The notes: generated from the sequence alone by a model not told the origin. Numbered from the whole stretch's first letter, positions 12,146 through 24,825 are shown. The stretch: 63,984 nucleotides of DNA, filler included, from Folioceros fuciformis (GCA_049999805.1; 13 parts of 13 records of this genome joined end to end with filler, not necessarily neighbours in it), one strand, 5' to 3'. Translations and numbers: made by a program.

Positions 12146-13925
12146 CCTCCCAAGAAGGATCGTACCATACGGTTGTGCCTTCGTAGGGTTTTTAGAAGGT
12201 ACATAGCAGGAGAATGGGTATACACAATCAGGACTTTTAGAAGGTGCATAGTAGGAAGAAGGTGGGCACACAATTAGCACCGAGGTCTATAATGTTTGAC
12301 TTCATCCTTAGTTATGTCGTGGTACTACATATAAGGATAGTATATCTTATATTAAGATATTGTTAATTATCAAGTATAATATATATTTAATAATATGATT
12401 GATAATTGATTATATATGTTTTAGAAATTTATATTGTATGTATTTTATACATCACATTTCTCATAACAATGTTGCCCTTCTTTCATCCACGAGAAAATGG
12501 TTCTCAGAAAATCATGGTGTCACTTTCTCACTTAGGAATTGGAACGACTTCTTTTTCGTACTTGTGATTATGTGTTCCTTTTTCCACTATGTGAATCTCT
12601 GCCTCTTCTGACCTAGTCATTCTCTATTTTTTTTCCACTGTGTGAAAATGTGCCTCTTCTAACCTAGTCATTCTTTGTTGCCTTCTCTTGTTTTGTTTCA
12701 TGCTTCTATGCACTTATATCTCTAACTTTTCTATGCACTTATATCCCTAGTTTGATGTTCGTTCATTGGATCTTGAACGACCTAAAGGAGACACCTTTCT
12801 CATCAAGCTTCGAGATCACCAGCCAATATGAGAGATTTGCATCTTTGGACGATCCTCTTCCATTTTGCAATGTTAGCCTACATTATTGTAAGAACAGGAC
12901 ATCTTGTTCAATTTTCAAACATCCCTTCCTTCATGCCTATCCCTTGTTGTTACATAGATTAGCACATTGTACAACATATTCTTTTCCTGTGTTGAGCTCC
13001 AAAATGTTTGATTTATTCTTTGTAACCTTCAAGAATCTTAAACTCATTAGTTGCACAAGTTTGTTGAAGAACAAACTTGAAAACATGGGCATGTTACCTT
13101 CAGTAGCAACAATCTTTAGTAGCACAAGATGTAGCCAAATAGCAGCCATTTCTGAATAGTAGTCATTTGTAAACAATAGTTGCTGACAAGGAGCACTAAT
13201 AAAAGCATGATAGTGGTGTAGTTATCAAACAAGTGATGACAAATGAATTATGACGAGACAAAAGTTCTATGACACTATTTCATCTAGTTTCTTTTCACCT
13301 AAGATTCTTAACATGTTTTGACTCATTTCTTTTTCCCTCATATTTTTTATATATTTTGATTCATTTCTTTTCGACTAAAATTTCTTATTCCTAATATTTC
13401 TAACTTACTTGTCCACTCCCTTACACTATCTTCCTTCAAGTGTAACNNNNNNNNNNNNNNNNNNNNNNNNNNNNNNNNNNNNNNNNNNNNTTAATTAATT
13501 AANNNNNNNNNNNNNNNNNNNNNNNNNNNNNNNNNNNNNNNNNNNNCTACCACCCCCCACCTCCTCCTTTTGGTCCTATATTATATTTTATGCCTCCAAA
13601 CCGCCGTCTCTACATACCTGGATGGACTCAAGATTCCATATTCCTGCAAGACAATTCTGGTTGTTGGAAATATCACCCTGACACCATACTACTTCATACT
13701 TCATGAAGTGTGGTTGTTCATACCTAAGGTTAGATTCATAAGGAGAGGAGAGCTAGCTACACTTGGCAATTAGAGATGAGTAACATGAGTCCATGGGTAA
13801 GCAATAATGGGTACTATATTAGTAAAAAAGTGTACACCTGAATTGATGAATATGAATAGAATAGAAAGCATGGGGAGGAATGGGAATCTAAATGCTGGAC
13901 ATAATCGATACCAGATCCGATATGA

Positions 13926-16010
13926 TTGAGTGTGTGTGTGTGTGTGTGTGGTAGAACAACGGCTGACAAGTGCGGTAACAGTACCGGGGTAGTGGAGAGA
14001 AGTGGAGTGGAGAGGAGTGGAGTGGAGTGGGTGAAGGACGGAAAGATGGCAGGGCAGGGCAGGGCAGGGCAGAAACCTAACAAACTGCAGGCCAGGCCAG
14101 GCCAGGGCAGGGCAGGCCCAGGCCAGGTCAGGACCAGGTCAGGCCCCAGGCCTGGCCAGGCCCAGGCCCAGGCCCAGGCCAGGCGAGCTTTTGGGCTCTG
14201 GGGGTTACCGGCACCTCAACAGCGACAGCAGGTGACAGCGGCCCATTATTTGCGTCGTCACTTTTGTACAGGGTAGAATCGGATAATGCGCGGGGCTGGG
14301 CCAGAGATTATAATTGCCGGGCAGCGGCGGGCAGAATTTTAATGATGGTGGGCTTGCACGACCGCAGGGCCCATGTGACGACTGACGGTCACGAGGCAGG
14401 CCTGCCCTGCTCGCCCCGACCTGCCCGGCCTGGAACCGGGCCGAGGCCGGGCCCGGGCCCGGGCCGGGCGGCTGGCGGCGGCCACGGTGCCAGAGCCAGA
14501 GCCAGAGCCAGAGCCAGTGGCACTGCCACCGCTACTGCTACTGCTACTGCCACCACTGCCAGGCGCAACGCTGGCGATTCCCGCAACTCGCTCACCGCCG
14601 GTTACGCAAACCGGGGCAGGGGGGGCCTGCAAGAGGAGAAGGGAGAAAGAAGGAAAGAAAGCCTGGAAAGAAATTGGGAGAAGGAAAAGAGAGAAATGGA
14701 GAATAACGAGGCGAGTGGCGAGTGGCGAGTGGCGAGGGACGAGGAGCGGCCCGGTGGCCGGGAATCGGGGAAGCATGTCTAGGGCTGACGCAGCCAGGGC
14801 CACTAAGCGGCGACATTTTCGCCGACGCCCGTTTCGCCGCATCGCGTCCCATGTGGCACTCACTAGAGGCAGTCCGAGTCACCGTCCGGATGCCGATGCG
14901 GATGCGCGCTTTCCGTTTTCCGTTCGGGAGCGCCAGAAGGGTGGCTTGAGAGAGAGAGAGAGACTGGAGCTGCCCGGCCTGCCCGTGCCGCTGCCCGGGC
15001 CTGCGTCAAATCGGCATGATGAGATTTTCCGATTTCTGGCGGGGCCGGGCAGACCGTTTTCCGAGAGCTCGCTGCTCGCAGCCCCGCAGAGGAATCATGC
15101 ACCGCACAGTGCACTGCGTTGTGCGTGCCACTGCCAGTGTGCCGGACTGGACTGGACTGGGCTGGACGGGACGGGACGGGGCAGGTTTGGACGGGACGGG
15201 ACGGGGCAGGTTTGGACGGGACGGGACGGGACACCTCTGCACGGCACGGCTCGACAAGGAACCCCCTTCTCCCGTGCCGCGAGGCGAGATGAAGCCGTAG
15301 GGCAAAGCGAGAGAGAACGGGGTGGCAGCTGGAAGCGGGCTGGCCGCTTCCCATTATTAATGGAAGCAGGGCAGCCAGGCCTCTCGCACCCCGGAGGCTC
15401 CCGGAGGGCTGTTTGCTAAACCCGGCCCGTGCTCCTGGAACGGGCAGAGAGAGCCCCGGGGTCCCATACTGGTACCGGTACCGGAACCGGGACCGCCGGT
15501 CCCGGTGGCTGCGCCACCAGGCTCTGCCCGTTTAAAATGTTTTGCGTCACGCTCCAGGCTGCAGCGCCGATTCGGGTCAACCTCCCGCTTCGTACATAAA
15601 TGCCGGTTCGCCGGTGTTGAATGGAGGGAGGCCTGGAACTTGTTTCTGTCGCGCGCGCACCTTTAACGTTGGGGCTCATGACTTCCACATCCGACGTGAG
15701 TCCGTCTATTTATCGCACGTCAGCGCCTTCGCTGCGGTTGCGCCACTTCCGCCGCCATCCATGGTGCAAATCCCTAACCGCCAGCGGGAGGGCCTAAAAC
15801 GGGCCGGCCCGGCCCGCCCCGGCCCGGGCCTGCTCACACTCCGCCCAAATCTGTGTCTGCCAGCGTGGGGGTCTGGGCCCCGTCGCCAACCGCCGGTCGG
15901 TTGGTGCGACCGCCGGTCGCAGCCAAAGCGTCCGTTCCTCTCTCACTCCCGACTCCCGCACCCTTTAGCCAGGCCCAGCCCCAGCCCCAGCCCCAGCCTC
16001 CAACAGCAGC
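13926..16010. repeat. GC-rich simple-sequence-repeat field upstream of CYP78A
   Basis: Tracts of (GT)n, (GGAGT)n, (GGGCA)n, (CCAGG/CCCAGG)n, (GCCAGA)n, (GCTACT)n, (GA)n, (GGGAC)n and (CCCAGC)n. Confidence 0.9.
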
Positions 16011-16676
16011 CCCTCTCGGCTGTCCTATGCTGCCCCAGGAGGCGGACCTGGAGGCGGGCCAGACGTGTCTGGCTCTGTATTCTTGTAGTACGCTGTGTCT
16101 GGCATTAAATCCCTCGGCAATGGACCTCCTTTTTATGTCGCGCCTCCGGGTCCCTACCATTCACTGCCTCGCCTCCTCTACCCACTCGGCTCTCCCTCCC
16201 GCCTACTGCTGCACTTCTTCTTCCCCCTCCCCTCCTCGCCTTCTTCTAGTGCCTGTTGGAGNNNNNNNNNNNNNNNNNNNNNNNNNNNNNNNNNNNNNNN
16301 NNNNNNNNNNNNNNNNNNNNNNNNNNNNNNNNNNNNNNNNNNNNNNNNNNNNNNNNNNNNNCGCAGGAGCGCACGCCGCTGCCAGCCGCTCCCTCCCATC
16401 CAGCCCAGTTTAGCCGCAGCGGCTTGGAAGCCTGGTTTGGATAGAGTCGAGCTGCATTTGCACTTTTAGTACGCACCACTTGGTATTCGACCGCGGGACT
16501 AGGAGTGCCCGGAGCGGAAGCTCCCCTGCCTGCACTGCGCTTTCCTTTCCTGGATTCGGTTAGGGGTTCCGAGCAGCTGCAGAATTCGGCTCCCCGACGG
16601 CACGCGAGCCTGAAGACCAGCCGTCCGGGACAAGGCTGTAGCAAAGGAACGCCTCTGAAGAAGAGAGGAGGAAGCA

Positions 16677-18531
16677 ATGCCGGAGGTGGTGAGTTCCGTG
16701 TGGTGGTGGGTGTACTGGCTCCCCCTGCTCCTCAAGCAAGGCAGGGGGGGAGTGGAGGTGGACGGCTCCGCGCCCACCGGCTCCTGGCTGCTCTACCTCG
16801 CGTTGGCGGGGGTTGCCGTGGCCGGGGCTTTGGCCTGCTGGGCGGCCCCCGGGGGCCCCGCATGGGGGAAGCTGCAAGGAAGGTGGCGGCTCACTGTACC
16901 GGGGCCCAGGGGCCTGCCGCTGCTGGGAAGCCTATGGGAGATGGGTCCGCTGGCTCACCGCCGCCTGGAGCATCTGGCGCGCGTCTTCAATGCCAAGTCG
17001 CTCATGGCCTTCAGCCTGGGAAGCACGCGTGTCGTCATCGCCAGCCAGCCGGGTACCGCGAGGGAGGTGCTCAACAGCGCTCACTTCGCGGATCGGCCCT
17101 TGAAGCAGTCGGCGCAGGAGCTCATGTTCGGCAAGGCCATCGGGTTCGCGCCCTTCGGGGACTACTGGCGGAGGCTGAGGAGAATTGCCACCACGCACCT
17201 CTTCGCGCCCAGGAGGATACAGGCGCATGAGCCGGCGCGACAGGCCCAGGCCGATTACATGGTGACTGGGATCCATGCGGAGGCTGCGTGCGGCGGGAGC
17301 GTCGAAATCCGACCTCACCTCCAGCACGCCGCGGTGAACAACGTCACGGGCGTCGTCCTCGGCAGGACCTTCGATTTCAGGGCCCAGGACGAGGAGGCGG
17401 ACCAGCTGCAGGCCATGGTGCGGGAAGGCTTCGATCTGCTGGGGGCCTTCAACTGGTCCGATCACCTTCCCGCTCTCCGTGCGCTCAACGTGGATCGCGG
17501 CCGGATTCGGCAACGCTGCAAGGCCCTGGTGCCGCAGGTCAAGGCTCTGGTGCAGGGCATCATCAACGAGCACCGTGTGAGGAGGGAGGCGGGAACCCGG
17601 GAACGAGACGCCTCGGACGGAGACTTCGTCGACGCTTTGTTGGATCTTGAGGGGGACGAGAAGCTCAGCGACGATGAAATGATCGCCGTGCTCTGGGTGA
17701 GTCTTGTGTGACTGACCTCCTCTCGTCCCTTACACTACCTAAACGATACTTAAACCGTGTACCTCCTTCCCGTGCCATGTCGTGCGTTGAGCCCCGTTCT
17801 TTGTCAGCATTCCGTTACTGAAACTGTGATGCCTCAATCATGCATTCCGGACGGCAGCGCAGCTCACGTTCGCGATGTGGGTTATTTCTGGTTGTCAGGA
17901 AATGGTTTTCCGAGGTGCAGACACCACGGCCATTCTCACTGAATGGACCATGGCGGAGATTGTGCTCAACCCGGAAGTGCAGACCCGAATTCACCAGGAG
18001 CTGGACGAGGTTGTGGGTGGCCATCGTGTTGTGGGGGATGCCGACATGCCCAAACTTCCTTACTTGCAAGCTGTGATCAAGGAGACCCTGCGGATGCATC
18101 CTCCCGGCCCGCTCTTGTCATGGGCACGTCTCGCTACCCAGGATGTCTGCATAGCCGGCCACCACATTCCCGCAGGGACCACGGCGATGGTCAACATGTA
18201 TGCCATTACCCACGACCCGGCCGTGTGGCCGCAGCCCAACAAGTTCCAGCCTCTCAGATTTCTGCCCTCAGCAGGTGGCCAGGAGATCGACATCAGAGGG
18301 AACGACCTGCGGCTGGCTCCCTTCGGAGCTGGGAGGAGAGTGTGTCCCGGCAGGGCCCTTGGCTTGGCTACTGTGCAGCTCTGGGTGGCCCGCCTTCTGC
18401 AGCAATATCATTGGAGTGCGAGCCTGCAACATCCGGTGGACCTATCCGAGGTGTTGAAGCTGTCCTGCGAAATGGTACATCCTCTCATCGTGCATCCTAG
18501 GCAAAGACTCGGCCAGCTTTTGCACTCCTAG
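16677..18531 (+). CDS. CYP78A: Cytochrome P450 CYP78A family (KLUH-like), 2 exons
   Basis: Exons 16677-17696 and 17899-18531. Motifs [73 protein letters not shown] and the heme motif [11 protein letters not shown]. Confidence 0.96.
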
Positions 18532-20220
18532 CTTCCCTTTCTTTCTGAATTTCATGTCCCTGTATGGTCGCCTCCAGTGACAGTTTTCCCGGATCAGATA
18601 AACCATTTTTGTATAGAGACGTAGAGTGGAGACCCCTCGTGCTCCCAAGCCAATTTTGTCAGAGTAGTCTACTGTAGGTATTCTTAGTCATAGTCTTAGT
18701 ATGGACCCTTTCACCAAGTCTAGAGGTGGGTTCTCGGAAATTCTAACAGAGCTTCAACCACAAACCACAACAGGATGCTTTAGCAGCACAGAGGAAGCAT
18801 GGCACCACCGCCTGCCATCAGTAGGTGTAGGAAGAAATCTACTTGTCTGACCCCATCTGTAAGTTTTGCTCTGTGCTGTATAATCAGCACTGATCCGTAG
18901 CATCCAATGGTGCTTCCTCAAGTCGTCACCATGTTACATTTGGAATTGTGTATTCATCTGTTGTCACAGAATCTCCTGTTCTCTCGGGCCAGAGTATTGT
19001 TGTCTGTCACACTTCTACCTGTGTCATATACAACCTGAGACTGTCACACTTCCAATTGTGTGAGTGTGTTTGTAGGTACGCCAGGTGCTTCTTCGCTTTT
19101 GTGACGTAGCAAGTACTCGGATGTTTATCAGCGCGTACCTCCGGTGGGTGCTAGTTAGAAGACACCTTTGCACTTTGCACAGCTATCTGGTGGATGGAGA
19201 GCCGTGGTGCTTGCGTGGGCCCAAGGAGACAAAAGAGCCTCTTCGGGGCTGGTAGTGCCTCAACAGATCGGTCTGTAGCATGTACAGACGATCGCCTGTA
19301 TGGCTATGCGGAGAATATGTATCTTGGTTTATCCAAATCCTGTGCAGCTACAGCCTTCTGCTAGATAGCATCATGCACAAGGAGAGCGTCTGGATCCTCC
19401 TGTACGTTGGAAGCTGTACCCCTGTACGGTATGTCGACATGGGCCCAGTTCCCCAAGCTGTACTTCACTACAAAGACCTCACACAGCACAACACCAACCT
19501 GTTGGTAGAATGTGCTTGTTACCAGTGGATTTGGCAAGTGGGATCACAGCTTGAACCTCCCCCACCTTTCCAATGTACCAGCCTGTCCAAACCTAGATCG
19601 CGGTACCAAGTTGACAGGCTTGAGTGGTTGATGTCTCTGTTCAAGTCACGGGAAGACGCAGGGCATAGGCAAAGACAAGGTGGAGAATCCCGGGCAACGG
19701 AAGATTTGGCTGACCTGCGTTGTGCCCCTCCCTGCCTGCCGAGGATCCTGCATGATCGCAACTGGGCAGAAGTGTGGCGACACTGTGCCCGAGAGAATCC
19801 CACAGCCCAGCCATGGGGACAGACAAGGAGAAGAAACTGTTGGGGTGTGTGTGAGACAAAAAAACATGTTAAACCCGTGTGCCCATCTGCAACCAAGTAC
19901 ACCTCCGCCCAGATTCCCCTCCCATCCTGTGTGAGAGGCTAGTGGAAGATGCCATTGCCACAGCGAAAAAAAAAAAAGAGCCAATCAGCAACAAAGTAAT
20001 CCAAACAGACGTAGCACAGATCTCGCGCCTCTCGCACACGCTCAGTGCTGTGGAAACCTAGTGCACGCTCCTGCTTCGGCTCCTATCTCCGGGATTCTCC
20101 CCTTTTCCTTTTTCCTTGCCGTCCCTGTCCTGCGGGATTGAGCAACAGTCCCTCCCCTTCACTCACAGGCATAGTTCCCGCCTCGACCTAATTGCAGCAA
20201 ACCGTACTTGCTGGCTTCCA

Positions 20221-20556
20221 ATGGCTGCCTTCTCTCCCGACGTTGTGCACGAGATGTTCAAGCTGGTGTGGCAGCAGACATGCAGGGAGCGGCTGGCAGG
20301 CAAGGAGGAGGCGGAGGATGCAGAACCCCAAGCCGGAGCACCAGGAGCTGCAGCAGCACAAGGTCCGGCCATTGGCAAGAAGAACCGTGCAACAACGGCC
20401 AATGCGGCTGCTCTCAAGCTGAGCTGCGAGCTGCTGCGCATGTTTGTGGTTGAGGCAGTGCAACGGGCATCTCTGGTGGCAGAGACAGAGGGAGCAACAG
20501 AGATCGAGGGCACGCATTTTGAGAGAATTCTGCCCCAGCTCCTTTTGGATTTTTGA
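20221..20556 (+). CDS. MHF2: CENP-X / MHF2 histone-fold protein, single exon
   Basis: KKNRATTANAAALKLSCELLRMFVVEAVQRASLVAETEG...THFERILPQLLLDF* matches plant MHF2, including the conserved C-terminus. Confidence 0.93.
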   Translation: MAAFSPDVVHEMFKLVWQQTCRERLAGKEEAEDAEPQAGAPGAAAAQGPAIGKKNRATTANAAALKLSCELLRMFVVEAVQRASLVAETEGATEIEGTHFERILPQLLLDF

Positions 20557-21710
20557 TGACTTCTGTTCTGCCTGAAACTGCCTTCTTGCTCTCATCCTTA
20601 CTTTGAGACCGAACTTGTTTCACAGCATCGCTGATCTTTCATCATTCTCGTCATCTTTCCGTCCATTCTTTCGTGGTGATTTCAGCACTCTTTGGTGTGC
20701 GTTATATCCCGGCATTTCTTCCTGGCAGCCGCTCGTCACTGACGAATTCATCGCTGTCTCTTGCACAGAATACTTCTTCTCACAGTTTTCATGTCCACGA
20801 CTCCTTGGCTGCAGGCTATCACAACCATAGCCACCGTGCTCTCTTCCTGTTGTCCGTCCGCTCATCACTTCACAAGCAGAGTTAACACTTTTCTTCGTTA
20901 ATGCGATTACAGCTGAAGGTTATTCTCATTAGGACGCTTGTGGAGCGAGTACGGCCAGAGAAGTTCATACGGGCCGGCGACGACAAAATGGAAGCTTCTA
21001 TTCGCCTTTTTAGTACGCGTCACGACAGACATTTTCATAAGTCAGGAAAACCGACAGCACTTTAGCCGTCACCAGGCGTATCCACAGTTCTCTATTAGGG
21101 TAGTCCTTCTAGTCCACATGTCGTTGCCTGGTGGTATAATAACATGTAGAAATATAATTATTTTAGAGACATGTANNNNNNNNNNNNNNNNNNNNNNNNN
21201 NNNNNNNNNNNNNNNNNNNTTAATTAATTAANNNNNNNNNNNNNNNNNNNNNNNNNNNNNNNNNNNNNNNNNNNNGTTTTCGTTTTAATTATTCTCAACA
21301 CCATTGTTATCTGTCATTAATGTTTTGTTCTTGGTGTTTCTTTATGTTGTTTCTATATTATTTAAAAGACGAGATTTACCATCTCTTCCTTTTAATAAAG
21401 TTGCTTGACCTTTTACTTTACACAGTTTAAAGGTTAATTTCATCTATTCAAAAAATATATAAGGGTAATATATAACATTATAGTTAAACCCATAAAAAAG
21501 AAGTTGCAGTTCATATAGACATGAAAGGGCATCTTTCTGTTACACTCCCCTGTCTCTCTACATCAGTGAGGGAGACTTGTNNNNNNNNNNNNNNNNNNNN
21601 NNNNNNNNNNNNNNNNNNNNNNNNNNNNNNNNNNNNNNNNNNNNNNNNNNNNNNNNNNNNNNNNNNNNNNNNNNNNNNNNCTACCAAGACCCATAAGAAG
21701 AATTCTCATC

Positions 21711-22334
21711 ATGGTGCAATATGATGACCCTGTCTACAATGACGGAACCATGGTGTTGGGCAGGAACATCTACCAGCCTGGATTTGGTAGATTCAAAGAC
21801 ACAAGTGGAGCTAGGCACCCAGAGGAAGATCAGAGAGCTAAGCAACTAGCTCGATCAGAGCCCAGATCAAGGCACATCAAGGATTATGCTCACAGACATA
21901 TGAGACCAATTGGACCTTGGAACTTGAAAGATCCAAAATCTGAGCATAGTAAAGGATTTTATGGGACAAAGATGAGCCCTATCACAAGACTGATTGCTGG
22001 ACATGTTCCCAAGCACTCAAGCCATCCAGATTTGAGGGATGCTCCTGAGCCGGATTTCCACCGCCGACAATGTGATGTTACTGAGTTCTTTGACCAGCCA
22101 ATGCGAAACAAAGTTCCCGTTGCTGTTCAAGGCTTCTTGTATGGAAGACTTGCTTCAGATGTCACAGCACAATATCGAGTTATTCCTAAGGTGTTTGATC
22201 CCAGCGAGCCTCCTAAATGGTTTGGGAGACTTGCTACTTGGATCACAGATTATAATGTCTTAGATGAAGAAATGGATAGGGTAGAGAAAATAAGAGCCTT
22301 GCCCACTGTACCATATGAAAATATTCTTTATTAA
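21711..22334 (+). CDS. Uncharacterised 207-aa intronless protein with a repeated short motif
   Basis: Clean ATG-to-TAA ORF in very AT-rich flanks, with aataaa overlapping the stop codon and four similar internal motifs. Confidence 0.7.
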   Translation: MVQYDDPVYNDGTMVLGRNIYQPGFGRFKDTSGARHPEEDQRAKQLARSEPRSRHIKDYAHRHMRPIGPWNLKDPKSEHSKGFYGTKMSPITRLIAGHVPKHSSHPDLRDAPEPDFHRRQCDVTEFFDQPMRNKVPVAVQGFLYGRLASDVTAQYRVIPKVFDPSEPPKWFGRLATWITDYNVLDEEMDRVEKIRALPTVPYENILY

Positions 22335-22871
22335 TAAATCATTTTATTTTAAAACTATTTACAGGTTCATAAATTCAAAAAAGGTATTAAAAATAATATA
22401 AAATTTAACTTTGATTCGAAGACTTAAAAAAGAACTTCTTTCTTATAAATACATTAGTGTCTTATATAACCAAGTCATAGATATTCTCAAGTGCTTGGTT
22501 TAATGTTTGATAATGAGATAAATAATAATAGTATAAGTCATATAAAAATTATAATAGATATAAGAAGATAAAAGTGTATAAAAATAATAAAAAGATTCAT
22601 ATCAGATTATAAATGAAAAGTGATATGAACATGAGAGAAGAGTTTCTATCTTATATGGAACATCTTGCTTGTGCTGGAATGCTTTTTTTAGCGACCTTTT
22701 TTTGAATAAAATGTTTGTCAGGGGAGAGTTGACGGGGAGAAGTGATCCGCTTGTTAGAAGACCGGGAGATAAATCGATGCGCCATTAAGCATTGAATTGC
22801 GATTTCTGGGCCCTATATTCCCTAATGCTTCTGATAAAACAGTAGCAACCGCAAGGAAAACGAGAGCTTCC

Positions 22872-23342
22872 ATGGCGTCGCCTGCAGAGGTACAGGCTGA
22901 CGAGGAGTGGGTGCGTGCGCGGGAGGAGTGGAGGCGTTCGCGTGAGAAAAAGGTTGTGGACAATGCTGTGCATTCATGAAAGGATTATGGACTCCTGACT
23001 CCTGGTCACTCATGACCAGGTTCTGATTCCCATAGCGAATGGGAGTGAAGAGATAGAGGCTGTCATTTTAGCTTCCACCCTGCGAAGAGCGGGTGCTGCG
23101 GTCACTGTAGCGTCGGTCGAGGACGGCCTACAAATTGTGGCTTCCAGGAATGTGAAATTGGAGGCCGATGTTCTCATCGCGGGTTGTAAAGGCGGGGTCT
23201 ACGATCTTGTGGTTCTTCCTGTATGTGATTGTTGTCTCTGGTGCTGGATAGGAAAGAGGAATTGCCAATTGTTCTGGTAGAGTCCGAGTGCAGTGCGGTG
23301 ACGTCATGATCAGGGAGGTATGCCAGGTTCTGAGCGCCTGTG

Positions 23343-23387
<45 letters not shown>

Positions 23388-24825
23388 CAAACGCCTCATC
23401 GGTGGAATCTCTGCCGCTCCTCCTGTTGCCCTGGAAAGCTGGGGTCTTTTGAAGAATGTTAAGGTACATGTAGCCTTGGTTTGGAAGAATGATGCCAGTC
23501 GGGGATGCCACTTGTTGCATGATTTCCGAGGGTTTGAAACATGCATTGTTTTTCGTATTTTATCAGCTGTTGGGGACTTGTATCGTTTCTTTTCCAGGCA
23601 ACATGTCATCCCCTTTTCAGAGAACAGCTATCGAACCCTCGGTTTGCGGATGCCAGGGTACTCAAAGATGGCATCGTGACCACCAGTCGGGGCCCTGGTA
23701 CAGCTATGGAGTTCGCACTTTCTTTGGTGGAACAGCTGTGTGATGACTTGGTTGTGAAGGAGCTTTTCAGGAAGCTGGTATAGCAGTCAGTCCGGCACAA
23801 AGTTTAAAGAGCAAAAATGCATGATGTTTCGGAGAAAAGGTTTGCGACTATGTTCATCCGGGCCCGTTTACAATGCGTGATCAGGTCATGCGCTGTCCAA
23901 ATGCAATTGAGCCATTCAAGGTGGAGCACGATCTGCAGTATTGGACTGTGGGATTCCCTTCTCACGTGTTTACTGTGAGTAGTCCCCTCCGACTTGTCAT
24001 CCACACTTTCAGGTACTTGGACCTGGTTCATTCAACCTGTAGCTTAGCAGCATATGGCATCTGATGTCAGGCTCTTGTACCTGTTGCTACCGGGTCCGAA
24101 GAAATGGAGACAGTAATTATCGTGGATGTGCTGAGGAGAGCAGGAGTGCATGTGGTCGTCGCATCAATAGAGACCGACCTCAAGATTGTAGCCACCAAGG
24201 GTATCAAGATTGTGGCTGACAAGTTCCTCAAGGATGTGTTGTCATCTAAGTTCGACATTGTGATCATACCGGTAACCGTCCATTCGATTCCCAATCTCGG
24301 GAGAGCATGGACGCAGTTGGTTACCACAGCTGTCCCATACTTCCTCATTCATCGTGATGCCATGTTTCCGCAGGGTGGTTTTCCAGGGGCAGTCAGGCTC
24401 GCCAAGTGTGAACCCCTGGTTACATTGTTGCGCCAGCAGATGGATGAAAAAAGAATCCTGGCGGCAATTTGTGCAGCGCCCGTTCTTGTTCTGCAAGCGA
24501 AGGGTTTGCTGAAAGTAAGACGCAGATGTCTTGCTTCCCTTGCCCCTGGTTATTCGTGAGCCTTACAATGTTCCATGGTGCACCAGGCTAACAACTCGTC
24601 TCATTGTTCGACCTGTAGGGCAAGAAGGCTACGGCCCATCCTTCGCTGTGTCACCTACTCGTGGATCACAGCGCCGAAAAGATGCGAGTTGTTATCGATG
24701 GCCTTGTTGCAACCAGTCGAGGACCCGGCACAGCCATCGAATTTGTTTTGGCAATCGTGGAGAAGCTGTTTGGACGTGACACCGCGCTGGCAATTGCAGG
24801 GCCGATGCTCTCCCCTTATGCATGA
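22872..24825 (+). CDS. DJ-1/PfpI two-domain protein, 8 exons; exon 3 disrupted by TGA plus poly-A in this assembly
   Basis: Exons 22872-22952, 23020-23220, 23314-23463, 23598-23777, 23885-23974, 24071-24271, 24374-24514, 24619-24825. Motifs VLIPIANGSEEIE, LRRAGA, LPGGMPG, TSRGPGT (twice) and AAICAAP. Confidence 0.9.

Noticed and set aside
12752-13200. Possible retroelement integrase remnant
   Set aside because: The resemblance (TGKEYV..LCNNKG) is too vague and degraded to support a call.
13926-16470. Long ORFs such as 14487-15419 (310 aa) and 15542-16108
   Set aside because: They are translations of GC-rich microsatellites that are open in several frames on both strands, with no domain signal.
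16505-17650. Overlapping and antisense ORFs within CYP78A, and similarly within PUS, MHF2 and VTE6
   Set aside because: These are shadow ORFs expected from high-GC coding sequence.
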